Assembly (NCBI GenBank): GCA_023134705.1
Contig: JAGLUN010000011.1
Location: forward strand, 1-56,430
DNA from: Candidatus Omnitrophota bacterium
Lineage (GTDB): Bacteria > Omnitrophota > Gorgyraeia > Duberdicusellales > 4484-171
Direction of reading: 5' to 3'
Length of the DNA stretch: 56,430 bases
The notes beneath the pieces were generated by a model that saw nothing but the letters and a program-made list of their open reading frames with translations, ran no database searches and had not been told where the DNA came from. This document shows positions 28,754 to 35,546 of the stretch, one piece after another (position 1 is the first letter of the stretch; each line of letters starts with the position of its first letter). Made by a program: the position numbers and the translations under genes.

Positions 28754-29017
28754 TTAGGAGGCTGTTAGGTTTGGTAGCGGGTTCCAAGAGGGAAGAATTT
28801 TGGCTGGGCCATACCCATTCAGCACCTTCGTCCCATGCTGATCATAACCACAAATACGTCCGAGCTCCGGGCTCGTACCCACCCAGTACCTCCATGCTAC
28901 GTGTGATTGGCTTTGGAACACCCTGCCCGTGCTCCAGCAGTTACACGATAACACCGCCTGCTCAGGGTTGAGTTTTACCCGCGTAATCTTGGGTCTGAAT
29001 TTTGGTTTTCTTCCCAT
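28754..29017 (-). CDS. Precursor peptide P1 (87 aa): conserved leader, hypervariable core
   Basis: SD GGGAGGT lies 8 nt before ATG 29017 (the track ORF starts 9 codons earlier). Translation: MGRKPKFRPKITRVKLNPEQAVLSCNCWSTGRVF...NLTAS. The leader is shared with P2 and P3. Confidence 0.7.
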   Translation of the reverse strand: MGRKPKFRPKITRVKLNPEQAVLSCNCWSTGRVFQSQSHVAWRYWVGTSPELGRICGYDQHGTKVLNGYGPAKILPSWNPLPNLTAS

Positions 29018-29037
29018 AATTTGATACCTCCCTTCTT

Positions 29038-29135
29038 GTATCACGTATCAAGTATCAAGTATCAAGTATCAAGTATCAGGTATCACGTTTTACCTGTTAC
29101 TTGTTACCTGCGGCGTGTTGCGCATTCGCGCTTAC
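29038..29135. repeat. Heptanucleotide tandem-repeat array (GTATCAN x7, then degenerate NTGTTAC-type heptamers)
   Basis: Read directly: gtatcac, gtatcaa x4, gtatcag, gtatcac, gttttac, ctgttac, ttgttac, ctgcggc, gtgttgc, gcattcg, cgcttac. The array spans the HprK-like stop and encodes its last ~11 codons. Confidence 0.9.
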
Positions 29136-30062
29136 TCTTCTCACAAAATCAATAACTTTTCTATCATTCACAAACCCCAGGCTATAACAGGGCACAGTTT
29201 TAACCAAATCCTGGCAAAAGGAAATTATATTTTCTAAACATCCTTTATCCCAGAAGGTAGGAAAGAGCGCCGGATAAAGTAGATTGAATGCCCTCTTTCG
29301 CGAAATCTGTCTTATTGTATTTTTAGGCGAATGATGGATAAAAAATAATTTTTCAAGCCGCGCCGATTCGATATGCGACTCTAAATAATCACTAAAATCT
29401 CCATGCCATGGCGCGCCGTAGATAAAGAATTTTTTTTTAAGTTTTCGCACAATAATGCGGTCATCATTCAAAACCATTGCTTTGCTGTGTTTATGCCAGA
29501 GCCTTGCCGTAGTGCTTTTACCTGCCCCGGATTTACCGGCAAAAAGTAATCCCTTGCCGTTTAAATCCTTCACTCCGATAGAATGAGTAAAAATACCTTG
29601 TTTATTCAAAGCAAAATAATTTATCAATAGAACCTGCAAAAAGTCATAGATGATATCCGAAGTATTCCATACCTTTCCTTTTTGTTTTTTTGGCAGAAGA
29701 TAAGCGGTTACCCGGTCAAAAGCCTTGTTTACCAGCATCGCTTGTTTTTTATCCTCAAGCGGGCTTTTGTAAACATAGCTCTTGCCTCTCTTAAGCAAGC
29801 GCCAGTTCTCACTTCCATCCTGAAAGTGATAGGTAATAAATACCGGCTTTGTTTTTTTGATTTCGGGTAATTTATCAACTATCTCTACATTAACTAAAAT
29901 ATGCGGAGTTTGCCTGCCTTTATAAAAAAAATTATCAAATCGTTCGCCCGCCTGCGCTCTTTCTTCTTCTTTAGTAAACTGCTCAAGAGGAAAGCGGCTT
30001 TTCATCTGAATAATTGTATCAGCAATCCTTAATTTAACTACCACATTATTACCTTGCTTCAT
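29097..30062 (-). CDS. HPr-kinase-related P-loop kinase-like protein (locus II)
   Basis: LLFAGKSGAGKSTTARL P-loop, LNDDRIIVRK and GAPWHGDF. ATG 30062 (MKQGNNVVVKL) is preceded by AAGGAG and matches the start of the pseudogene copy. The track start at 30167 is likely too long. Confidence 0.75.
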   Translation of the reverse strand: MKQGNNVVVKLRIADTIIQMKSRFPLEQFTKEEERAQAGERFDNFFYKGRQTPHILVNVEIVDKLPEIKKTKPVFITYHFQDGSENWRLLKRGKSYVYKSPLEDKKQAMLVNKAFDRVTAYLLPKKQKGKVWNTSDIIYDFLQVLLINYFALNKQGIFTHSIGVKDLNGKGLLFAGKSGAGKSTTARLWHKHSKAMVLNDDRIIVRKLKKKFFIYGAPWHGDFSDYLESHIESARLEKLFFIHHSPKNTIRQISRKRAFNLLYPALFPTFWDKGCLENIISFCQDLVKTVPCYSLGFVNDRKVIDFVRRVSANAQHAAGNK

Positions 30063-30196
30063 TGCTTCTCCTTTTAAATTAGTTGCCTTCGGCAATAATT
30101 TATCATATGAAAACCTGCGGTTTTCAAACTTTCCCCTAAAATCCTTAAGATTGAAATTCCTAAACATGAACTTAGTGCGCCTAACGGCGCGGGCTT

Positions 30197-30373
30197 TTAG
30201 TTAGGAGAACATTTCATTCGATCATTACATTCGGGGCAAGTGAACGTAGGACTTTCACCTTCTTTACACCCCTGAGAATGAAAATAGGCATCAAAGACGA
30301 TATCTTCGACTTCTGTTTCGTATTCACATGAAACACATTTGTACCTGTACCATTGACTCTTCCCGCCAAACAT
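30197..30373 (-). CDS. Small zinc-ribbon-like protein (58 aa, below the ORF-track cutoff)
   Basis: AAGAGGA lies 5 nt before the ATG. Translation: MFGGKSQWYRYKCVSCEYETEVEDIVFDAYFHSQGCKEGESPTFTCPECNDRMKCSPN, with two CxxC pairs. Confidence 0.5.
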   Translation of the reverse strand: MFGGKSQWYRYKCVSCEYETEVEDIVFDAYFHSQGCKEGESPTFTCPECNDRMKCSPN

Positions 30374-30597
30374 TTTCGTCCTCTTTTTTGCTCAAAGGAG
30401 GCGGTAGCCCTTTTTCTTTTTTGCCTGGGTCAGAAATCCGTAGATATCGAACATCGTAGGCGTTTTTCTCTCACTTTACGCCTTAGGTTTCAAGCCTCAC
30501 GCTTTTGGCGCGCAGCCTGAAGCGTACACGACGTATTCACGGGTATTCGCGTCTAACCCAATCAACAAATTCCCAAATCTCCAAAAAACAAAAGGGT

Positions 30598-30852
30598 TTA
30601 GGAGGATGACTGGCTACCACTGAGGTTATAACCGCGGTAATGCCTGTATGGTCCAATCCATTTTAGCTGTAGCTTACCCATGCACTGTGCCTGGGGTCCA
30701 GGCGTGGTTTGTCGTAGCCATCCAGTATCGCGACTGCTGCCTAGCCAGATTGGTTTCGTACCTCCTTGGTAACAGTCGCAGGTTAACACCGCCTGCTCAG
30801 GGTTGAGTTTTACCCGCGTAATCTTGGGCTTGAATTTTGGTTTTCTTCCCAT
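30598..30852 (-). CDS. Precursor peptide P2 (84 aa): same leader as P1, unrelated core
   Basis: SD GGGAGGT precedes ATG 30852. Translation: MGRKPKFKPKITRVKLNPEQAVLTCDCYQGGTKPIW...GSQSSS. Confidence 0.7.
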   Translation of the reverse strand: MGRKPKFKPKITRVKLNPEQAVLTCDCYQGGTKPIWLGSSRDTGWLRQTTPGPQAQCMGKLQLKWIGPYRHYRGYNLSGSQSSS

Positions 30853-30872
30853 AATTTGATACCTCCCTTCTT

Positions 30873-30956
30873 GTATCAAGTATCAAGTATCAGGTATCAG
30901 GTATCAGGTTTTACCTGTTACGTGTTACCTGCGACGTGTTGCTCATTCGCGCTTAC
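30873..30956. repeat. Heptanucleotide tandem-repeat array, second copy with different unit counts
   Basis: gtatcaa x2, gtatcag x3, gttttac, ctgttac, gtgttac, ctgcgac, gtgttgc, tcattcg, cgcttac. Confidence 0.9.
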
Positions 30957-31246
30957 TCTTCTCACAAAATCAATAACTTTTCTATCATTCACAAACCCCA
31001 AGCTATAACAGGGCACAGTTTTAACCAAATCCTGGCAAAAGGAAATTATATTTTCTAAACACCCCTTATCCCAGAAGGTAGGAAAAAGCGCCGGATAAAG
31101 TAGATTGAATGCCCTCTTTCGCAAAATCTTTCTTACTGTATTTTTTCTTCTTCTTTAGTAAACTGCTCAAGAGGAAAGCGGCTTTTCATCTGGATAATTA
31201 TGTCTGCAATCCTTAGTTTAATTGTTACATTGTTACATTGTTTCAT
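30918..31246 (-). pseudogene. HPr-kinase-related gene remnant with a large internal deletion
   Basis: 31140-31246 matches 29955-30062 (MKQCNNVTIKLRIADIIIQMKSRFPLEQFTKEEE). 30918-31140 matches 29097-29320 (RKRAFNLLYPALFPTFWDKGCLENIISF...). The junction is out of frame and the P-loop region is missing. Confidence 0.8.
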
Positions 31247-31313
31247 TGTTTCTTCTTTTTTAGCCATTTAACAATTTAACCATTTAGCAGTTTGCCAGTT
31301 TAACGGTTTTTTT
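31221..31313. repeat. Octanucleotide tandem-repeat arrays (CATTGTTA-type, then CCATTTAA/CAGTTTAA-type)
   Basis: cattgtta cattgtta cattgttt cattgttt ... ccatttaa caatttaa ccatttag cagtttgc cagtttaa. The second array encodes the VKLANC tail of rSAM A. Confidence 0.85.
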
Positions 31314-32363
31314 CGCCAACTCACAAAACCACTCAACAGGCTCTTCTAAGCTTCCCGTTTCCAACAATGCCTTGCCTGGACAATTATAGCATAAATCCCT
31401 TATTGAACAATTCTTACATTTAGAATCGGTAATAAATCTTCTGCTCCTTACCCAGTTTAAAATACTTTTTTGTGCTTCTTCGATACTTTTTTCAAATAAA
31501 TTTATTTTAGGCCCTCTGATACAATTACAAGGTATAACATTCCCATAAGGGTCAATATGAATCCCGTCTCCGCCGCCAATAGCACAAGGAAATAACCTGC
31601 TGTTCGGTGTTCGGTTTTCGGTTATCGGTTTTTGGGGTTCAGTATTCAGGGATAACTGACAATCGTTATCTAAGGGTTGTTTATTTCCATCTAGATTTAA
31701 AATCTCCTCGGGAGAGATTCTTAAACTACAGGGCCTTAAATCCCCATTAAGCCGGGCATGAAGGAACGCGCTTGGCCTAAAACTTAACCCTAAATTTTCC
31801 ACAAACTCCTTTATTTTCGGCAATTCCTCTAAATTATCCTTGATCACCTGTGTTTTTATCTTTAAAGGTAATTTATTCTGTGTTATCAGCTTTATGCCAT
31901 CCATTGCTTTTTCAAAAGAACCCTTTACCCGGGATATCTCTTCATAGGTTTCCTTCGTAACTGCATTAAGGGTAATCTCGATGACAAAAGGAGGTTGCTT
32001 TTTCAGATACCCGGCAATCTCTTCAGTCATTGAACAGCCGTTAGTAAATATTGTTATTATAAACCCTTTATCTTTAGCATAAGAGTAAAACTCCAAAAAA
32101 TCCGGCCGCGTTAAAGGGTCTCCTCCTGTCCAACAAAGCCAGATTACCCCTGCATTATATATCTTATCAAGTAGGAATTTCACCTGGCCGGTACTTAGCT
32201 CACCTTTTATGTATTCTTGTTTATTATAACAATCTGAATAGCAATGCCTGCAATGAAGGCCGCATTTAAAAGTTAACTCAAACTGGCATACATTCGGCTT
32301 TTTGATTCGCCAGTTCTTCTTGTGAGTTTTGAGGCTAAAAGTTCTGTATTGAAGTTCTTTCAT
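31284..32363 (-). CDS. Radical SAM/SPASM maturase A (locus II)
   Basis: ELTFKCGLHCRHCY, WTGGDPL, and SPASM CAIGGGDGIHIDPYGNVIPC...KCKNCSIRDLCYNCPG. The start is set at ATG 32363 (MKELQY); the track GTG at 32399 lies in a repeat array. Confidence 0.85.
   Translation of the reverse strand: MKELQYRTFSLKTHKKNWRIKKPNVCQFELTFKCGLHCRHCYSDCYNKQEYIKGELSTGQVKFLLDKIYNAGVIWLCWTGGDPLTRPDFLEFYSYAKDKGFIITIFTNGCSMTEEIAGYLKKQPPFVIEITLNAVTKETYEEISRVKGSFEKAMDGIKLITQNKLPLKIKTQVIKDNLEELPKIKEFVENLGLSFRPSAFLHARLNGDLRPCSLRISPEEILNLDGNKQPLDNDCQLSLNTEPQKPITENRTPNSRLFPCAIGGGDGIHIDPYGNVIPCNCIRGPKINLFEKSIEEAQKSILNWVRSRRFITDSKCKNCSIRDLCYNCPGKALLETGSLEEPVEWFCELAKKTVKLANC
31601..31636. repeat. Intragenic heptamer-repeat element inside rSAM A
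   Basis: tgttcgg tgttcgg ttttcgg ttatcgg tttttgg, translated in frame as ...PITENRTPNSR.... Confidence 0.75.
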
Positions 32364-32434
32364 GATAATACGTAGCACGTCACAGGCATCAGGTATCACG
32401 CTTCAAGCTTCGCGCTTTTGACGTGCAGCGTGCA

Positions 32435-32467
32435 GCCATTTAACAGTCTAACAGTTTAACAATTGCC
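32435..32467. repeat. Octamer repeat array at the rSAM B 3' end
   Basis: gccatttaacagtctaacagtttaacaattgcc encodes the ...QLLNC tail and stop. Confidence 0.75.
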
Positions 32468-33560
32468 TTCTCTCTTCCGCCCTCCCGCGGCTTTCAGGTA
32501 CACAGGAAGTAAAAGTCCTGCTATGAAGCCAAGCTTTTGCCGGACACCACTTACAATAGGGCTCAAACTCACACCTATCGCACTGGTAATTTTCATCCGG
32601 CTTAATATTCTTCACTAAGTCTTTTAACTTTTCCCACGCGCTTTTCAGGCTCGGTGTTCGGTGTTCGTTTTTTTCCGATAACCGATAACCGATAACCGAT
32701 AACCCGCTTTCAGCTTTGTCTTCTGTCAGTATTTTATACTTAGGATAATCAATCATAAGACACATCTTTAACTCTCCAAAGGGAGTGATTGCAGCTTGAG
32801 TTTTGCCTACTCCGCATTTGAATAGGTTTTCGGTTTTGGGTGTTCGGTTTTCGATTTCTTCCGATAACCGACAATCGATAACCGATAACCGACTCTGTCC
32901 TCTGTTATTTGCCATCCGGCCTCTGTATTTATACGGCTCTTTTGACCCATTTAACCGGGGCGAAAGCGTATCATCCAAACGGTGCAGGGCGCCTAAGGAA
33001 ACAGCAAAATCCTGTATCTCTTTTATTTCAGATTCATTTTCTTTTAAAACGCAGGTCTTGAATCCCAATTCAACTCTTCTTTTATACAATAAATCAATAG
33101 CTTTAAAGATCCTCTTGTGCGAATTAGGCGCCCGGGTAATTTTCTCAAGAGCCTTTTTGCTCATCGCCGGAATAGTAATATCTACCTTGTTTGGCCTCAA
33201 AGTAGCTAATTCATCAGCTATTTCTTCATTTATCAACGAACCGTTGGTATAAATAATAACCTCAAATCCCTTTTTCTTAGCATAGCGGAATATCTCCATT
33301 ATGTCTTTCCTTAGAAATGGCTCACCGCCGGTAAAGCCTAAATAAAAACAGCCAATATCAGCAAGCTGTCCTAAAATAGAAAAAACCTCTTTTGTCTTAA
33401 GCTCTCCTGCTTTTCTTCGGTAACTTAAGGGCACATAACAATGCTTACAATAAAAATTGCACTGGTAGGTTAATTCAAACATCACCCGCAAAGGAAAGCC
33501 TCTATTTTTAGCGGATTTGTGTATTCGCTGCCAAAAATTATGATAAGACTGAGTTTTCAT
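32448..33560 (-). CDS. Radical SAM/SPASM maturase B (locus II)
   Basis: ELTYQCNFYCKHCY, FTGGEPF, and SPASM CGVGKTQAAITPFGELKMC...QCDRCEFEPYCKWCPA. It contains two in-frame repeat-element insertions. Confidence 0.85.
   Translation of the reverse strand: MKTQSYHNFWQRIHKSAKNRGFPLRVMFELTYQCNFYCKHCYVPLSYRRKAGELKTKEVFSILGQLADIGCFYLGFTGGEPFLRKDIMEIFRYAKKKGFEVIIYTNGSLINEEIADELATLRPNKVDITIPAMSKKALEKITRAPNSHKRIFKAIDLLYKRRVELGFKTCVLKENESEIKEIQDFAVSLGALHRLDDTLSPRLNGSKEPYKYRGRMANNRGQSRLSVIDCRLSEEIENRTPKTENLFKCGVGKTQAAITPFGELKMCLMIDYPKYKILTEDKAESGLSVIGYRLSEKNEHRTPSLKSAWEKLKDLVKNIKPDENYQCDRCEFEPYCKWCPAKAWLHSRTFTSCVPESRGRAEERRQLLNC
32651..32705. repeat. Intragenic imperfect-hairpin heptamer element 1 in rSAM B
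   Basis: (tcggtgt)x2-tcg-ttttttt-(ccgataa)x4-cc. It is translated in frame as GLSVIGYRLSEKNEHRTPS. Confidence 0.85.
32826..32892. repeat. Intragenic imperfect-hairpin heptamer element 2 in rSAM B
   Basis: gttttcggttttgggtgttcggttttcg-atttctt-ccgataaccgacaatcgataaccgataaccg. It is translated in frame as SRLSVIDCRLSEEIENRTPKTEN. Confidence 0.85.
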
Positions 33561-33578
33561 TGCTAAATTGCTACGTTG

Positions 33579-33953
33579 CTATATTGATAATCTCTCATTA
33601 GTGAATTTAATAAGTGAATTAATTTCCTTGGGTAATTTCTTCAATTCTTCAGAGATATGTTGATATTCCTTTTCTTTTAATAAACCTCTTTTATTTGCTT
33701 TCTCAGTCCAATCAAAAGATTCCTTTATTGAACCATAACTATAACGATAGAAATTAACCTTATCTTTCTTAAAATATCTACCGAAACCCTCAGCAATATT
33801 AGCCGAAATAGAATCAACGGCTTTAACTAACTGTTTACCTACTGTATCTTTTACAAAATAATTCCACTTATTTACGATATTCCAAACATAGTTGGATAAA
33901 TCAAAGGCAATCCTATAAGCACTTATGTCTTCCAGTTCCAAATATTTCTTCAT
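33579..33953 (-). CDS. Four-helix-bundle protein (23S rRNA intervening-sequence protein family; the same family as DGR Avd)
   Basis: 124 aa. YRIAFDLSNYVWNIV, QLVKAVDSISANIAEGFGR, FYRYSYGSIKE and a closing helix. This is the pattern I recognise for the four-helix-bundle family. Confidence 0.65.
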   Translation of the reverse strand: MKKYLELEDISAYRIAFDLSNYVWNIVNKWNYFVKDTVGKQLVKAVDSISANIAEGFGRYFKKDKVNFYRYSYGSIKESFDWTEKANKRGLLKEKEYQHISEELKKLPKEINSLIKFTNERLSI

Positions 33954-33956
33954 CTC

Positions 33957-34001
33957 AACAGTTTAACAGTTTAGCGATTTAACAGTTTAACAATTTAACT
34001 C
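33957..34001. repeat. Octamer tandem-repeat array (AACAGTTT x5, degenerate)
   Basis: aacagttt aacagttt agcgattt aacagttt aacaattt aac. It covers the rSAM C stop and its ...VKLLNC tail. Confidence 0.9.
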
Positions 34002-35127
34002 CCATCTGTTCCGCTGTTGCTTTAGCCAACTCGCAAAAATAAGGAACCGGCGCTTCTTCATCACCAGTCTCCAAAAAGGCTCTTGCCGGGCAGTGATAGC
34101 AGATCGGCCTTAAAGAACAGTCTTTACATTTTGAGCCAGTCTTAAATTTCTCATTTAAAAGTTGAGGGAATACGTTGTAGAAACCTTCTCTGAAAGGCTG
34201 CTTTTTTAAATCCACGCTAAACTTCTCAGAAAATTGGCAAAATTTAAGCCTACCGTAGGGATTGATAAAAAACTGCGTAAACCAGGCATTACAACGATAA
34301 AGAAACTCTTTGTCCCTTCCTAAATCAGGAAACTTGCCGCAAAGACCTCTTTCATATTCCTGCCAAATCTCAGGGTCTGACTTCTTAGATTCTAATAATT
34401 CTCCTGGAGAAAGCCTGTAATCGCAGGGGGTTGTATCGCCATTAAGCCGTGCGTATATCATCGGGTCGTATTTGAATCTCCATGTTTTATTGCCCTTGCC
34501 CCGTGAGATAGGCGTAGCCTTCATCTCATGGGGCTTGCCTAAAAGCTTATCGGTAAAGGCTTTTATTCTGACAATTTCATCTTTGTTTTGCTTTAAGCAG
34601 TTTGATTTTAAAATTAAAGGGAGTTTTCTAACGGTGAGCTCCTTTATTACAGACATAACCCTTTTAAAAGAACCTTTTACCTGAGTTATTCTCTCATAAA
34701 CAGGCTCAGTTATGCCGTTGAGGGTAATTTCTATAGATTCCGGCGGAGATTTCTCAAGATAATCTACAATCTTTCCTGTAAGAAGTAAGCCATTGGTAAA
34801 TATGGTTATGACAAAACCTTTTTTTTTGGCATAAGAATAAATCTCTAAAAAATCATCTCTTAATAAAGGCTCTCCGCCGGTAAAACAAAGCCATAGGCAG
34901 CCCTGCTTATGAATTTCATCAAGAATTTCCTCCCACTCCCGGGTTGTCAATTCTTGATTCCCGGTATTCGGCGTGCAGCGTGAAGCGTATTCCTCAATTC
35001 CCTTACAATAACAATGAACGCAATTAAGATTACAGCGGTAGGTAAGCTCAACCTGTCCTTTCCAGGGATAATGTTCCTTTTTGCCATATAATTTGTTATA
35101 AAAACGCCCTGAACTAATGTTTTTCAT
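33979..35127 (-). CDS. Radical SAM/SPASM maturase C (locus II)
   Basis: ELTYRCNLNCVHCY, FTGGEPL, and SPASM CNAWFTQFFINPYGRLKFC...KCKDCSLRPICYHCPA. An in-frame repeat insertion lies at 34961-34993 (YASRCTPNTGNQ). Confidence 0.85.
   Translation of the reverse strand: MKNISSGRFYNKLYGKKEHYPWKGQVELTYRCNLNCVHCYCKGIEEYASRCTPNTGNQELTTREWEEILDEIHKQGCLWLCFTGGEPLLRDDFLEIYSYAKKKGFVITIFTNGLLLTGKIVDYLEKSPPESIEITLNGITEPVYERITQVKGSFKRVMSVIKELTVRKLPLILKSNCLKQNKDEIVRIKAFTDKLLGKPHEMKATPISRGKGNKTWRFKYDPMIYARLNGDTTPCDYRLSPGELLESKKSDPEIWQEYERGLCGKFPDLGRDKEFLYRCNAWFTQFFINPYGRLKFCQFSEKFSVDLKKQPFREGFYNVFPQLLNEKFKTGSKCKDCSLRPICYHCPARAFLETGDEEAPVPYFCELAKATAEQMGVKLLNC
34961..34993. repeat. Intragenic heptamer-type repeat inside rSAM C
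   Basis: ccggtattcggcgtgcagcgtgaagcgtattcc. Paralogs A and B lack the corresponding ~12 residues. Confidence 0.65.
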
Positions 35128-35176
35128 TGTTCGTTTTGCTCGTTATGCCCATTGTTAAATTGTTATATTGCTTCAT

Positions 35177-35205
35177 TGCTAAATTGCCACACAAACAATT
35201 TAGCA
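35177..35205 (-). promoter_or_regulatory. Intercistronic stem-loop between P3 and rSAM C
   Basis: tgctaaattg (35177-35186) pairs perfectly with caatttagca (35196-35205), with a 9-nt loop. No clear U-run follows on the minus strand. Confidence 0.45.
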
Positions 35206-35310
35206 GTTTAACAGTAGTTAAATCCAAAGGGGCTCAGGAGGAAACAGTTTCTTGTCTGAAAAAATCAGTAGTAATAATATTTTTATTCCTGCACACTGTC
35301 TCATCATAGC

Positions 35311-35427
35311 CTATATAAGCCTCCCCTGTACCCAGCCTGTGTCATAGCATGAACAGAACAACACCGCCTGCTTAGGGTTGAGTCGGATCCATGTTATCCT
35401 TGGTCTGAATTTTGGTTTTCTTCCCAT
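35311..35427 (-). CDS. Precursor paralog P3 (38 aa; probably decayed)
   Basis: SD GGAGGTG lies 7 nt before ATG 35427. Translation: MGRKPKFRPRITWIRLNPKQAVLFCSCYDTGWVQGRLI, then TAG. The frame stays open beyond the TAG. The conserved 3' block is mutated (cct cct gag instead of tcc tcc taa), so the terminal Ser and stop are lost. Confidence 0.45.
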   Translation of the reverse strand: MGRKPKFRPRITWIRLNPKQAVLFCSCYDTGWVQGRLI

Positions 35428-35546
35428 AATTTAGCACCTCCGCTCTTTTGCCTAGCGCGTATTACCTATTGCAACGTGTAGCATGCTGCGTGCAGCAGTT
35501 TATTTTACCCTTTTCCTTATTAAACTGCCTCATTGATAAATTGCCC

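Noticed and set aside
28754-29017. P1, P2 and P3 as lasso peptide precursors (suggested by the HPr-kinase and nucleotidyltransferase context)
   Set aside because: There is no lasso cyclase (asparagine-synthetase-like) or transglutaminase-like leader protease gene in the window. The maturases are SPASM radical SAM enzymes.
29038-29135. Possible CRISPR array, given the many short direct repeats
   Set aside because: The units are 7-8 nt and directly abutting, with no spacers. No cas genes are present.
30400-30407. GGCGGTAG (ops / JUMPstart-like 8-mer)
   Set aside because: It is on the plus strand, whereas local genes are on the minus strand. One or two such 8-mers are expected by chance in 56 kb counted on both strands. 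It is absent from the two long leaders.
28754-30852. Precursor core hypervariability driven by the adjacent DGR-type RT
   Set aside because: The RT lacks motifs 1-3. I found no template repeat in the window resembling either core. P1 and P2 cores differ everywhere rather than only at adenine-templated positions. I kept this as a relic hypothesis only.
32803-33252. Plus-strand ORFs nested in minus-strand genes (for example 32803-33252, 8569-9024, 14941-15414, 53679-54035, 44060-44362)
   Set aside because: All are antisense to ORFs with clear enzyme motifs. They have low-complexity translations and no SD, so I treat them as shadow ORFs.
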